From positions 12,547,728-12,611,727 of the forward strand of contig CAVNZM010000005.1 of assembly GCA_963693365.1 (NCBI GenBank): a DNA stretch of 64,000 nt, read 5' to 3'. Numbering within the stretch: position 1 is the first letter of the stretch; each line of letters starts with the position of its first letter. Origin of the DNA: Amoebidium appalachense. Lineage: Eukaryota; Protista; Ichthyosporea. Under the pieces are notes generated by a model. The model had not been told where the DNA came from. It ran no database searches and worked only from the letters and a program-made list of their open reading frames with translations. Made by a program: the position numbers and the translations under genes. Below are positions 39,251 through 49,941 of the stretch, one piece after another.

Positions 39251-40143
39251 GACGGGGGGGAACGACGGATAATCACCGACGGAATTTCATCGTCATCGGA
39301 ATTGGAATTTCCGGAATGCAGGGATGGATCGATTGAGGTCGTCTGATTGGTGGCCTGCACAGAAATCTGATTGGATGCCGTGGTGAATTGTGATTCGTCG
39401 AAGACGACATCGCGGTAGAGGTTGACCGTGTTGCCACGTAGATTCATGATCTTGTGGGCTTTGTTGGTGATATCCCAGCCCACATAGGTGCCGAGTTTGA
39501 CGGTAGAGGCCAACTTGTCACGTTTGGATGCAGGGACGTGTACATAGGCTGGGCAGCCGAACACGTGCAGGTGGGAGATGTCAGGCTTGACACCGTAGAA
39601 AATTTCAAACGGTGTACGGCCATTGGCAGCTCTGGCCGGGGTCACGTTGATGATGTAGGCAGCATGCTTGAGAGCAGCTCCCCACAGCTTGGGGGAAAGG
39701 GAGTCGGCCTTGTCCTGATGAAGGAAGCACCGAACGATCTCCTGCAGATCCCTCATCTTACGTTCAACGAAGCCGTTGAGTTGGGGGCAGTCAACCGGGG
39801 CAAATTCCTGAATGATGCCCTTGGACTGGCAGTACTGCTCCATAGCATGGGAGGTGAACTCGGACCCAGAGTCTGAACGGAAGTGGGTCACCACCTTGTC
39901 GGGTTGCTTGTCAGTAGTCTCAACCAGGGCCTTGACGTATTCGAGAGTTTCGGATCGATCACGGAGGAGGTACACGATGGTGTAGCCGGAGGCATCACAG
40001 GTACACACGAGGGCCACCTTAACAGTAGCCACCATAGGAGGCACAGGGAGGCCCGAAGAAGTCCATGTGCCACTTGGCACCGGGGAAGGGGCACTGGGTT
40101 CTGGTGCCGGAGAATGGGGCCTTGGTGGTCTTGCCGGAGACAC
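38935..40143 (-). CDS. Copia integrase core (shifted frame)
   Basis: FRSDSGSEF, PQLNGFVER, LHVFGCPAYV, RDVVFDE. Confidence 0.9.
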   Translation of the reverse strand: MSPARPPRPHSPAPEPSAPSPVPSGTWTSSGLPVPPMVATVKVALVCTCDASGYTIVYLLRDRSETLEYVKALVETTDKQPDKVVTHFRSDSGSEFTSHAMEQYCQSKGIIQEFAPVDCPQLNGFVERKMRDLQEIVRCFLHQDKADSLSPKLWGAALKHAAYIINVTPARAANGRTPFEIFYGVKPDISHLHVFGCPAYVHVPASKRDKLASTVKLGTYVGWDITNKAHKIMNLRGNTVNLYRDVVFDESQFTTASNQISVQATNQTTSIDPSLHSGNSNSDDDEIPSVIIRRSPPSCTCPRGSTHPPPPPASNPCCRPLPSMTTYLVISPRFVLGLRSSTRPRPAPCYPTPSSTRHPSLASRPPFPTTECLSQTPPRPLRPSVPCPVVPPVSPPGLPWLW

Positions 40144-41791
40144 AACCGAAGCAGTCAGTGGTGTCTGCCACTGAGAGGGATGAGGGGAGGCCTGTCACGA
40201 GGTCACCTCTCACCATCTTGGTGAGGGTGGACAGGGCACGATGGCCGAGACGGTGGTGCCAGAGCTGAGGATCATTGTTGACCTTGACGTTGGCTACCAG
40301 AGCAGTGACGGTCCGAGGGATGGAGGGACGTATCTCATAGTCAGTGATGAAGTACAGTCCATCTGTGCCTGTGAGGGAACACACGATGTTGCCACCACGA
40401 GTGTAGAGGTATGATGGGAATGCATCCTCATCATCGAGGTGGGCAAGGAGACCCGACTTGGAGGCCATTGAGGGTGAAATCCTGAGGAAGGCTGGGGAGT
40501 CGGGTACGTAGAGGGTGTTGAGGCTCAGTACTGATGTTACTCCGTTGTAGGTGACGGCCAGGTTGATGACACCACGGTGATGTGCAGTGACGATGCCGAG
40601 GCCGTGGACGTCAGTCGGGGGGCATGGCTCAAGAGTAGAGAAGTACTCCTTTACTGGGCACACGTGGACGTTTGAAGCCGAGTCCCAGCAGGGGTCCATG
40701 GGTAGGGAGGCCGTGGTGGACACGAGGGCAAAATGCACCTCTTTTCCAGACTTGGTGCTGGCACGGTGACGACGGGCAATTGAGCAGCCAGGTTTGTCAC
40801 ACTGTGTGACATGATGGTCTTCGTGACAGTAGGCACAGTCGAGGGAGCCAGTGGTCTTGGCTCGGGGTGGCTGGGGATGACGGTTACCCCCTTTACGTGG
40901 GGGGTAGACTGACCGGGAACGATAGCCGGGGGAACGGGACCGGGAGTAATCACGGTCAACTGAGGGGGATCGATCGGTGGGACGACCACGGGGGTGACGG
41001 GAGACGGAGCTGTCACGTCGGGGGATCCGGTGTCTGAGGTCGTCCTTGGTGAGGACACGGCTTTGCAGGGCACGTGCTGTTCGGACGGTGGAGGAGGACC
41101 CGGACCCAGAGTCGATGAGACCTTCACGGATCTCTGCAGCTCGGATGTCACTGATTAGACGGTTGTAGGTCTCGTAGTTTATGGTACGACGGAAGTAGTC
41201 GGCAATCATGGCCTGGATGTCGGTACAAACTAACTTACGGTTCTTCTTGAGGTGGATGAAGAAGTTATCAACCATAGTCTTGTGAGGAATGGGCTCTTCG
41301 AGGATGTGCAGGGTAGTGCACAGACGGCGTGCCATGGTGAGGTAGGCCGTGACGGTCTTGAAGTCCTTGAGTTCAAGCTCATGGTAGTCGAGGAGGATTT
41401 GACGAGCACGATCTTCACGTTCAGCCGCATAGGTCATACGGAGGTTGTGGAAAGCTTGGGCAGGTGACACATCATCGTGGATTTGACCAGAGTTATACAG
41501 CTCATCATTGGAGACGAGTTGAGTAAACATCTGTTCAAGGAAGTTGGAAGCCTCGGTGTAGGCCTCCTCAGTGTCATAGCCGTGCCACTCGTTCTCGTCG
41601 GAAGGGTCGACCCACTCGGGGGCCTTGATGACGGGCACTAACTTGGCCGCGGTGGTAGTACGTAGGTACCGGAAGATGACGGGTTCCCACTCATAATAGG
41701 TGAGACGTTTGCCGGACTTCTTGTCCGTGGTGTCATCCCCTTTCCAGGGGGTGAGGTTGAGATACGCAGGTTTCTCCGACATGGTGATCAA
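40019..41791 (-). CDS. Copia Gag, protease and integrase N-terminus (frameshift near 40020)
   Basis: Zinc knuckle CAYCHEDHHVTQC, protease WDSASNVH, LWHHRLGH..CFGC, KWHMDFFGP. Confidence 0.9.
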   Translation of the reverse strand: MITMSEKPAYLNLTPWKGDDTTDKKSGKRLTYYEWEPVIFRYLRTTTAAKLVPVIKAPEWVDPSDENEWHGYDTEEAYTEASNFLEQMFTQLVSNDELYNSGQIHDDVSPAQAFHNLRMTYAAEREDRARQILLDYHELELKDFKTVTAYLTMARRLCTTLHILEEPIPHKTMVDNFFIHLKKNRKLVCTDIQAMIADYFRRTINYETYNRLISDIRAAEIREGLIDSGSGSSSTVRTARALQSRVLTKDDLRHRIPRRDSSVSRHPRGRPTDRSPSVDRDYSRSRSPGYRSRSVYPPRKGGNRHPQPPRAKTTGSLDCAYCHEDHHVTQCDKPGCSIARRHRASTKSGKEVHFALVSTTASLPMDPCWDSASNVHVCPVKEYFSTLEPCPPTDVHGLGIVTAHHRGVINLAVTYNGVTSVLSLNTLYVPDSPAFLRISPSMASKSGLLAHLDDEDAFPSYLYTRGGNIVCSLTGTDGLYFITDYEIRPSIPRTVTALVANVKVNNDPQLWHHRLGHRALSTLTKMVRGDLVTGLPSSLSVADTTDCFGCVSGKTTKAPFSGTRTQCPFPGAKWHMDFFGPPCASYGGYC

Positions 41792-42649
41792 TCAGTCAGA
41801 TGATGCGTGAGAGAGGAATCAGATCGGTATTCAAATTTGAATATTTTCGATTGCAGCGAGAGTATGTGTTGCGAGAGCGTGCGAAAATGGGCCTTTAACC
41901 TGTTGTTTTGTACGGGTCTAAGGGAGCAAAGTGCACAGAGGTGTCATGTAAAACACGACTAACACATTAATGAGAGGGCAATCGGAGTTGTTCACGAGAC
42001 ATTGAAAGATTCAAACAACAACTGATTCTTTATTGTGCTCTCGGTTCCTTTTGTACTTGCGACTTATCACCTTATCACAACTAAAGAGGGAGAACCAATC
42101 GGTTCTATCAGAAGATAGAAAACTACATTCCGACAGAGCATACGCATTCCAACTTCCGATTAAACTAAAGTTTAGAAACTCTTACTTAAATAAATTAAGT
42201 AATTATACATCTAGTCACTATTAACTCACATATATATTTATGTTCGTCTCTATAAAGAAACTTATTTAAATACATATATTTCCTAATAGTCGACACTCTC
42301 AAAGTGAAGACACTTTGCAATAAACCGAATTCCATATATATCTATTGTCCAATCACAACACACATATATTAATAGACAGGAATGCACAACACAATCTACA
42401 GATGTACTCGCTCGCGACTATTGGCGAGCCATCCTTTTGAGAACAAAACTAGGCTATTTTGAAATAAAGGAAAGACAACGAGTGAGGCTAGCCAATCACG
42501 CTACCTCTCAGATAAACAGAGGAGAGCAAACAGAAATAAAATACAATAAGTTCTTATCAGGCAAGAGAGCCAGGTGTGCACAGATCTACAGATATCTGTG
42601 CCCACAGAAACAAGGGAGAGAGAGATACGGGGGGGGGGGGGGGGGGGGG

Positions 42650-42711
<62 letters not shown>

Positions 42712-43378
42712 ACAAAGAAGGAAAGCAGACACGAATACAAACAAGCTAGGACACATACATACTTCAAGGCTCTTGCTGTCATACATGGTGACGTATTCCA
42801 ACACCCGCAGACAGAGATACCCCAAAACATTCATCAAAAACACGCTCGTGCACTTGCGGGCATATACTTGAACGCAAGGCCATACAGTACATATGACATT
42901 GACACTCAAACATAATATTAACACCACCAACACCTAGTTGTCAGTTGTATTTGTATATGCATAAGAAACAGGCGTGACAAAGTCCGCGTCGCACGAAACT
43001 TTGTGGGGTAGTAGATCAGCCCTGCATATATACTATCGGCGTGGGGGTTTACGCACACGGGTGTGCTCACTGCACATGGGGGTGGGGGCTGGCGGGGTAG
43101 AATCTGATGTACATACATAATTAGCATCAGTGAGTCGAAGTACGGAGAACCATTACTAACTGGTCCATTAGCCTCGTACGAACGCATAATAAGATCGGCG
43201 TACTTGCCATTAGCCTCGGCCCTCGTGCAATGACAGAAGATGTGCAGCTTGAATAATTTTAGTGGTGGAACTGACAGTGACATATGAGATGGTTGCTGTT
43301 TATGCAGTACTGATATTGTTGTAAGAATTCAGCGTACAGCGTCAGCAAGATTCTATTGGCCAAGGAGTCCATTGACAT

Positions 43379-43818
43379 CAGGGGTTGCCTGATTACGACC
43401 CAAAATCGTCGTATTACGATTAAGCCCTGGGGGTCAAAGCGAGTAACGCTGTGAGAAGCTGTATTGGCTTTTTCATAGCAGTAAATACTGTAAAAATTAG
43501 TGTATTTTGGTGTGTTTTATACAAAAAGAGGCGTTTTCCCAGGTAAAGGGTGGTCAGGTGGTTATTTTGGCACTCCAGAGCGGAATATGAAGCCCTGTTT
43601 TGTCTTTCGGGGTGTGTAATCGCTAAGGGAGTGTAGAATAACTGAAATGGGTCGTCAAATTTAATGTTATAAAGGGATGATACGAGACGTAAATGGGACA
43701 AACCCCGCCGATACGATAAGAAAATCTTTTTTTTTATTTTTTTTTTATATAGAAATTCTGGCAGTACGATTATGTTTAAGGTAAAACGGGTAGTGCTGCC
43801 AAAACCCCACAACCCCTC
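43379..43818. mobile_element. Possible old hAT-type MITE
   Basis: Termini CAGGGGTTG / CAACCCCTC. Flanks ATTGACAT vs CAGGACAT (5/8 match). TACGA motifs near both ends. Confidence 0.4.
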
Positions 43819-44278
43819 CAGGACATTGCATTACTTTGCTTGATTCATCAAGCTCTATTTAGAGATGTATTTAGGCCAACTGATTGGTTGGAATAGGGTT
43901 CCAACAATCAGTGGCCACTAGGGAGCCGACTATGGTATATAGGCGGCGACTCGTTCTACTCGTCTTAGCTTTGTTTCCCCGTCGGCCCCTACTTAGCTGT
44001 AGAGGGCCGACAGACGGCAGGAGGCTCGGCTTAGCTCGGTAGGGTGGTGTGGCGCCCGGGTAGCAGTTGTGGAGCGTAATTAGCAGTGGTGGGTAAATCT
44101 AAATAGATAGCTATTTGCGTAGGGGTGAGCTGCACCCACGGCCTGAGGGCAACTGGGCTGCGGCCCTTTCTAGTTAGGTTCTACGAGCGCGCGTAGTGTT
44201 GTAGATAAACTGTTTGCGAGCGCGCGTAGTGCTGCAGACAGGTGTAGTGTCTCAATTTCTTCGAAGGCAGGATGGGAG

Positions 44279-46111
44279 ATGCAAGTGATGCATCCCAACT
44301 GCCATTGTATCAGAGACGAAGTTCGTGCCTGTGTAGATGAGTGGGAGCGTGGGGGTGCGTCTAAAGAAGTTTTGTTCTGGATTAAGTACGGCATCCGTCC
44401 ACCAGAATGGAAGAGTGCGCGCCCTGCCCCTTTTGATGCAGGTGGCTATTTGGATATCGGCGAAGTTTCAGAGGCAGAAGCGGCAGTGGAAGTTGAACGG
44501 TTAGTGAGTAAGGGGGCCCTCGAGACAGTGCCTGAAAGCGCAAAATGGTGTGTTTCGAAGTCTTTTGGGCTGCGGAAGCCCAACGGAAACGTCCGGCTCA
44601 TTATTGATATGCGTCCTGTGAATGAATACGCTGTCGCACGTGGTATCAAGTACGAAAGTTTACCGGCAGCGATTTGCGGGCGCTCGCGCAGCCGGGTGAC
44701 CATACAGACCACGCTTTCAGTTTCGACCTCGAAGACGGATATTTTGCACTAGCCATTCAACCCCGGTTCCGCAAGTATTTCCAAATTCGTGTGGGGGGAC
44801 AACTCTTCCACTACACGGTGCTTCCCTTCGGTTACTCCCTCAGTCCCTACTTTTTCATGCGCCTTATGCGCGAGTTCGCGCGTCGGTTACGTGCACGCGG
44901 CATCCGTTCGTTGGTTTTCCTCGATGACTGGGCCATCTTCGAACAGGCGGCACGGGCACTCGACACACGCGGGGTGGTGGAGCAGGAATTGAAAGTCACC
45001 GGCCTTACGAAGCATCCGAATAAGGCTCATTGGGACCCAGTGAGTGCCCTCGACCATTTAGGCATCCACATAAATTTGGAGGAAGGGTATTTGTCTCCCG
45101 CATTGGCGTCTTTGGAAAAATTATCGGGGGAAACACGTTCTTTAATGGCTAAGGCGCGCAAAGGACGGCGGTGGGTGGAAAAGAAGCAGGTGGCTAGATG
45201 GCTAGGGTTGGTTGTTAGTTTGCGTGCGGCAGTGCCTCATGTACAGTCACGGTTGTCCGGCCGGTGTATGGTGCTCTACGCGGCGGGAACTGGCGTAGCT
45301 TTGTGCGGTTAACGGGTCGGCAGCTACGCATTATCGGTAAAACCATGGGTATAATTGTTGTTTTGTACGGGTCTAAGGGAGCAGAGTGCACAGAGGTGTC
45401 ATGTAAAACACGACTAACACATTAATGAGAGGGCAATCGGAGTTGTTCACGAGACATTGAAAGATTTCAAACAACAACTGAATCTTTTATTGTGCTCTCG
45501 GTTCCTTTTGTACTTGCGACTTATCACCTTATCACAACTAAAGAGGGAGAACCAATCGGTTCTATCAGAAGATAGAAAAACACATTCCGACAGAGCATAC
45601 GCATTCCAACTTCCGATTAAACTAAAGTGTAGAAACTCTTACTTAAATAAATTAAGTAATTATACATCTAGTCACTATTAACTCACATATATATTTATGT
45701 TCGTCTCTATAAAGAAACTTATTTAAATACATATATTTCCTAACAGTCGACACTCTCAAAGTGAAGACACTTTGCAATAAACCGAATTCCATATATATCT
45801 ATTGTCCAATCACAACACACATATATTAACAGACAGGAATGCACAACACAATCTACAGATGTACTCGCTCGCGACTATTGGCGAGCCATCCTTTTGAGAA
45901 CAAAACTAGGCCATTTTGAAATAAAGGAAAGACAACGAGTGAGGCTAGCCAATCACGCTACCTCTCAGATAAACAGAGGAGAGCAAATAGAAATAAAACA
46001 CAATAAGTTCTTATCAGGCAAGAGAGCCAGGTGTGCACAGATCTACAGATATCTGTGCCCACAGAAACAAGGGAGAGAGAGATACGGGGGGGGGGGGGGG
46101 GGGGGGGGGGG

Positions 46112-46173
<62 letters not shown>

Positions 46174-47136
46174 GAGCACAAAGGAGGAAAGCAGACACGA
46201 ATACAAACAAGCTAGGACACATACATACTTCAAGGCTCTTGCTGTCATACATGGTGACGTATTCCAACAATAATAGGTCGGCTTCCCCGCACGGAAATCT
46301 GGCCTGAGCCTATCACGGCCACTCTCATCACAGATGCTGCCACCTCACACGGGTGGGGGGCAGTACTACAGTTGGGCCTACCAACCCCGCAGGTTGTGGA
46401 GGCTTTCGGTCGTTGGGCGGAGAGCGATGCACCGCGGGCGGCTGCAGTGGCGGAGTGCGAGGGCCTACTAGAGGCCTACCGCAGGCCCGAAATGCAGGCC
46501 CTAATCCAACGTCAGCGCGTACGCTGGCAGTCAGACGCCCAGGCCGCGTTGGGCGCGGTGCGCAAAAAGGGCAGCAGCAGCCCCGCCATGCAACGAGTGC
46601 TATGGCAACTGCTGCAGTTGTGTTTGGAAAAGGGGCTCCCCTGGCCCCAAGAGCTGTCATACATTCCGGGCGAAGTGAACGACCGTGCGGATTGGTTGTC
46701 GCGGATTGATCCCCGCCACGAGTGGTCGGTTACCCCTGCGGGGGTCGAGCGTATCGAGCAGACACTCGGATTGCACACGGCGGTGGATCGGTTTGCTACA
46801 CCCGTGACTGCAGTCAAACCCACGTTTCACACATGGACCGCGGTGGTCCCCGTGAGCGGTGGGCAGGATGGGCTTGCCGCCGCATGGCAGGCCCCCAGCT
46901 GGTGGGCGCCACCGTTTCCGTTGATCAAGCGGACAGTGGCGAAGATTCAGCGGGAATGTGCGCAGGGAATATTAGTGGTCCCGGTGTGGGACACCGCCTT
47001 ATGGTGGCCGGTGGTGCAAGGGATGGCACAGGCCCACACGGACCTAGCCCCCGAAGAAGTGGTGTTTCCGATCGGTGTCCGGTCTTGGCGCATGCGTGCC
47101 TTCCTATTGGACGGCAGCACCCGCCCCCCTTCATGA
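44279..47136 (+). pseudogene. DIRS-type pol: RT, RNase H and N6-adenine methyltransferase-like domain; 2 frameshifts and a solo LTR insertion
   Basis: RT: KPNGNVRLIIDMRPVN, FDLEDGYF, VLPFGYSLSP, VFLDD, HLGI. RH: LITDAATSHGWGA, SDAQAA, YIPGEVNDRADWLSR. MT: VDRFAT, DGLAAAW, WWAPPFPLI, LVVPVW..WWP. The frame is continuous across the solo LTR once it is removed. Confidence 0.88.
45356..46269 (-). mobile_element. Solo LTR of the neighbouring Copia family
   Basis: Near-identical to 35712-36626. TG...CA ends. TSD ATAAT (45351-45355, 46270-46274). Confidence 0.95.
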
Positions 47137-48690
47137 TTGGATGAAAATCACTCGCCGCGCCACTCCTGCCATCCAGCTTTGTGTATTATTTCTGTAAAAT
47201 AAGAATGTGGTCGCAGATAGCAACAACATATCTAAATACTTTGCTTGATTCATCAAGCTCTATTTAGAGATGTATTTAGGCCAACTGATTGGTTGGAATA
47301 GGGTTCCAACAATCAGTGGCCACTAGGGAGCCGACTATGGTATATAGGCGGCGACTCGTTCTACTCGTCTTAGCTTTGTTTCCCCGTCGGCCCCTACTTA
47401 GCCCCACCCACCCGCCCGAGCTGTGTTGCATTTCCCCGTCCTTAGCTAGTCTCTTGCTGATTGGCTACGGCACACACACACACACAGACACACCCACACA
47501 TGCACACATACATGTACACACACACATACACACACATACACACACCCAAACACACACACACGCACACACGCACACACGCACACACACACACACACACACA
47601 AACACACACCCACACACACACACACACGTACACAAACACACGCCCACAACATGTTCCACGCATTGAGGGTAGTGGAGGGGGAGGATAGGGTAGAGGGGTT
47701 TTCTTCGTGCGGTGTGTTATTTGGATTTTGTTCGTAGAGAGGCAGTGCATGCCATGGTATGTGTACGTTTCTGATGATCGGGCCCAGGGGCACTTGGCTG
47801 AGCCGAGCCAATAAGCAAATCGAAAGCCTTGCCAACATATCTAAATGGGCGAGGGACTTGGTAAGGTTCGAATCGAATCGCGAAGGACCGCCAGGCCCGG
47901 AGCACGGCGCACGGCGCCCGGCCCGACCCCCCCGCGCTGCTTAGCGGTCCCCGGGGGTGTCTGGGGGGGCCGGGGGTCTGGGGGGAGGGGGAGAGAGCGG
48001 ATCGCGTCCGATCTAGATCCTACTCCTGGCATGCCGCACCCCCGATCGGATCGGAGGTGGTGAGGTGTGATCCACGGCCCTAGATGGCCGTGGGTGTGAT
48101 CTCAAAGTCACCAGGTCACGTGACTAGTCCAAATATATTGAGGTAGCCAATCATGCCGAGCCGCGGCACATCCCGATGGTGCAAGATAAGCCAATCAGGT
48201 GGGTTTGGTATTCTTGAATGTTTTTGCCTTGCGCACACTGTTGTTTTGTACAATAGCTGGTCTTTCGAGACTCTGACCAGCGCACGGCCCTCTGAACAAG
48301 GGCCGTGGACCAGCGGCACAAGTCATTCACAGCTCCGGGCCGTTATGAAACTGCAGTGTTCCGTATGCTGTTATTGATAGTTCCTGCCACGCGAAGCTTG
48401 CTCACCGTTCACGAGTCAATTTTGGCTTGTTTGTAACCATCCTACCGCTGACGGTGGCACATTCCGTGTTAGAAAACCACTTGTCTAAGCAAAGAGTGTC
48501 GCATACAAGCGAAGAGGTTTCCTTGTAAAGCTTCAATTGTATTACACGTGCCCTTTATTTTTCAGCCCAATATTCTAATAATACACATGCTGCTGCAGCA
48601 CGATACAGTGATCAATATTCCCCTGACTGCCACAGGACACACTCGCACAACTTCACTCGTAGCCTGCGAAGTTGGGAAAGGAACGAGAAC

Positions 48691-49764
48691 ATGGAAAAGC
48701 TACAGAACTTCGTCTACGAGGACCGACATCACAAGGTTTTCATGCCTATCATTGTGAACAAGAAGCAGGCACGGTCGCCAAACGCTCACATGAGTGCGCT
48801 TCTGTTTTGCCTTGTTCTGGGCTGCACGTGTGTCGGAGTAGTTGTGTACTTCAGTTGTTTTCGCCCGGATGTCAATTGTGACAAACTCACTCTCCTGCTT
48901 GAGAATGCCCCATATGAAGAGCTTGAGGTTCTGGACGTTGATGGCGAAATCTTATTAAACGGCACGGATCCCTGCCTGCCTGTTACTTGGGAATATGACG
49001 ATGCCGATGCATCACCTACTTCAGAACGAGCGAGAAACACAAGCAACCGAATTAATACAAACATCAGCTTTCACCTGCAAGGGTTAAAGGTCATGCAGGC
49101 GGAGAATGAGACGTCACTCCTCATGCACGCCATGCACCCGGGCATGCGCATAATAGAGTGGGGCAGTGGTGGTTCTACCTTGTTCATGACCCAGCTAGGG
49201 GTAGAGATACACTCCATCGAACACAACTACACGTGGTATGAACTCGTCCGCACAAAACTCGCCAATGTTTCTCGCTCAGGTAGCAGCAATGCTGCATATT
49301 ACATGTATGTTCCCCCAAACATACCTTCCAAGCTGGTAGACGTATGGATACGTCCAAGTGAATACGCAACCTACAAGAGTTATATCCGTGCAGGAAGAAG
49401 ATGGGCAAAATGTGGAAGAAACGGCACCATGTTCTTTGACTTGGCATTTGTAGACGGTAGAGCACGCCCACAGGTAGCAGTCGAGTCGGTGTTCCTTTCA
49501 AACCCACTACGTTTTCGTGACTTTCGTGTTGTGTGGCACGACACATACACAAATACCACCGCACCTACACAAAGGGTATACCACGCTAGAGAGCACTATT
49601 TGTTTGCTCTGCAGTTTTTTGATGTTGTGCAGTGGGTGGAAAGTATGGTGCTGCTGCAGCCAAAAAAAAACTTCTTTGACTTGGTCACAACACAGGCTGC
49701 ATGGCCTGACTGGTGGTGTGGCCCCGGTGTGGTGCCTGATGCTAGGTGCAGCAGGTTGCTGTAG
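48691..49764 (+). CDS. Type II membrane class I SAM-dependent methyltransferase, paralog B (intact, 357 aa, intronless)
   Basis: Same motifs as paralog A (TM anchor, IIEWGSGGST, FDLAFVDGRAR), with the full C-terminus ..DWWCGPGVVPDARCSRLL*. Confidence 0.85.
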   Translation: MEKLQNFVYEDRHHKVFMPIIVNKKQARSPNAHMSALLFCLVLGCTCVGVVVYFSCFRPDVNCDKLTLLLENAPYEELEVLDVDGEILLNGTDPCLPVTWEYDDADASPTSERARNTSNRINTNISFHLQGLKVMQAENETSLLMHAMHPGMRIIEWGSGGSTLFMTQLGVEIHSIEHNYTWYELVRTKLANVSRSGSSNAAYYMYVPPNIPSKLVDVWIRPSEYATYKSYIRAGRRWAKCGRNGTMFFDLAFVDGRARPQVAVESVFLSNPLRFRDFRVVWHDTYTNTTAPTQRVYHAREHYLFALQFFDVVQWVESMVLLQPKKNFFDLVTTQAAWPDWWCGPGVVPDARCSRLL

Positions 49765-49905
49765 TAATATGCGTGTATGTTTGTATAAGATTTCATTGGC
49801 AAGTTACCTCGCTTTATAATTTCTGAGCTTTATTCCAAAATTTCAAAGTTCTACATTCCAACTTCGTGTCTTCTTCTTCTTCTTCTTCTTCTTCTTCTCT
49901 TTTTT

Positions 49906-49941
<36 letters not shown>

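Larger units (their letters stand above)
35712..42803 (-). mobile_element. Full-length Ty1/Copia LTR retrotransposon
   Basis: LTRs 35712-36626 and 41901-42803 (TG...CA, few substitutions). TSD CCCGC (35707-35711, 42804-42808). PBS at 41888-41900, PPT next to 36627. Domain order PR-INT-RT-RH. Confidence 0.97.
43832..47846 (+). mobile_element. DIRS/PAT/Ngaro-like retroelement with split direct repeats, encoding RT-RH-MT only
   Basis: 166-bp repeat A at 43832-43997 and 47237-47402. 14-bp repeat B CAACATATCTAAAT at 47224-47237 and 47833-47846. No TSD. DIRS-type pol between A1 and B1. Confidence 0.8.

Noticed and set aside
39212-40030. Programmed ribosomal frameshifts in Copia pol
   Set aside because: One shift is inside the integrase catalytic core and the other is in a homopolymer; mutation or sequencing error is more likely.
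35549-42930. Older LTR (TGTT...AACA) hosting the Copia
   Set aside because: No matching TSD and no second copy in the window.
47771-47832. Hammerhead ribozyme (CTGATGA ... CGAAA)
   Set aside because: The stem II closing pair would be T-C and no convincing stems I or III were found by eye. An Infernal scan would settle it.
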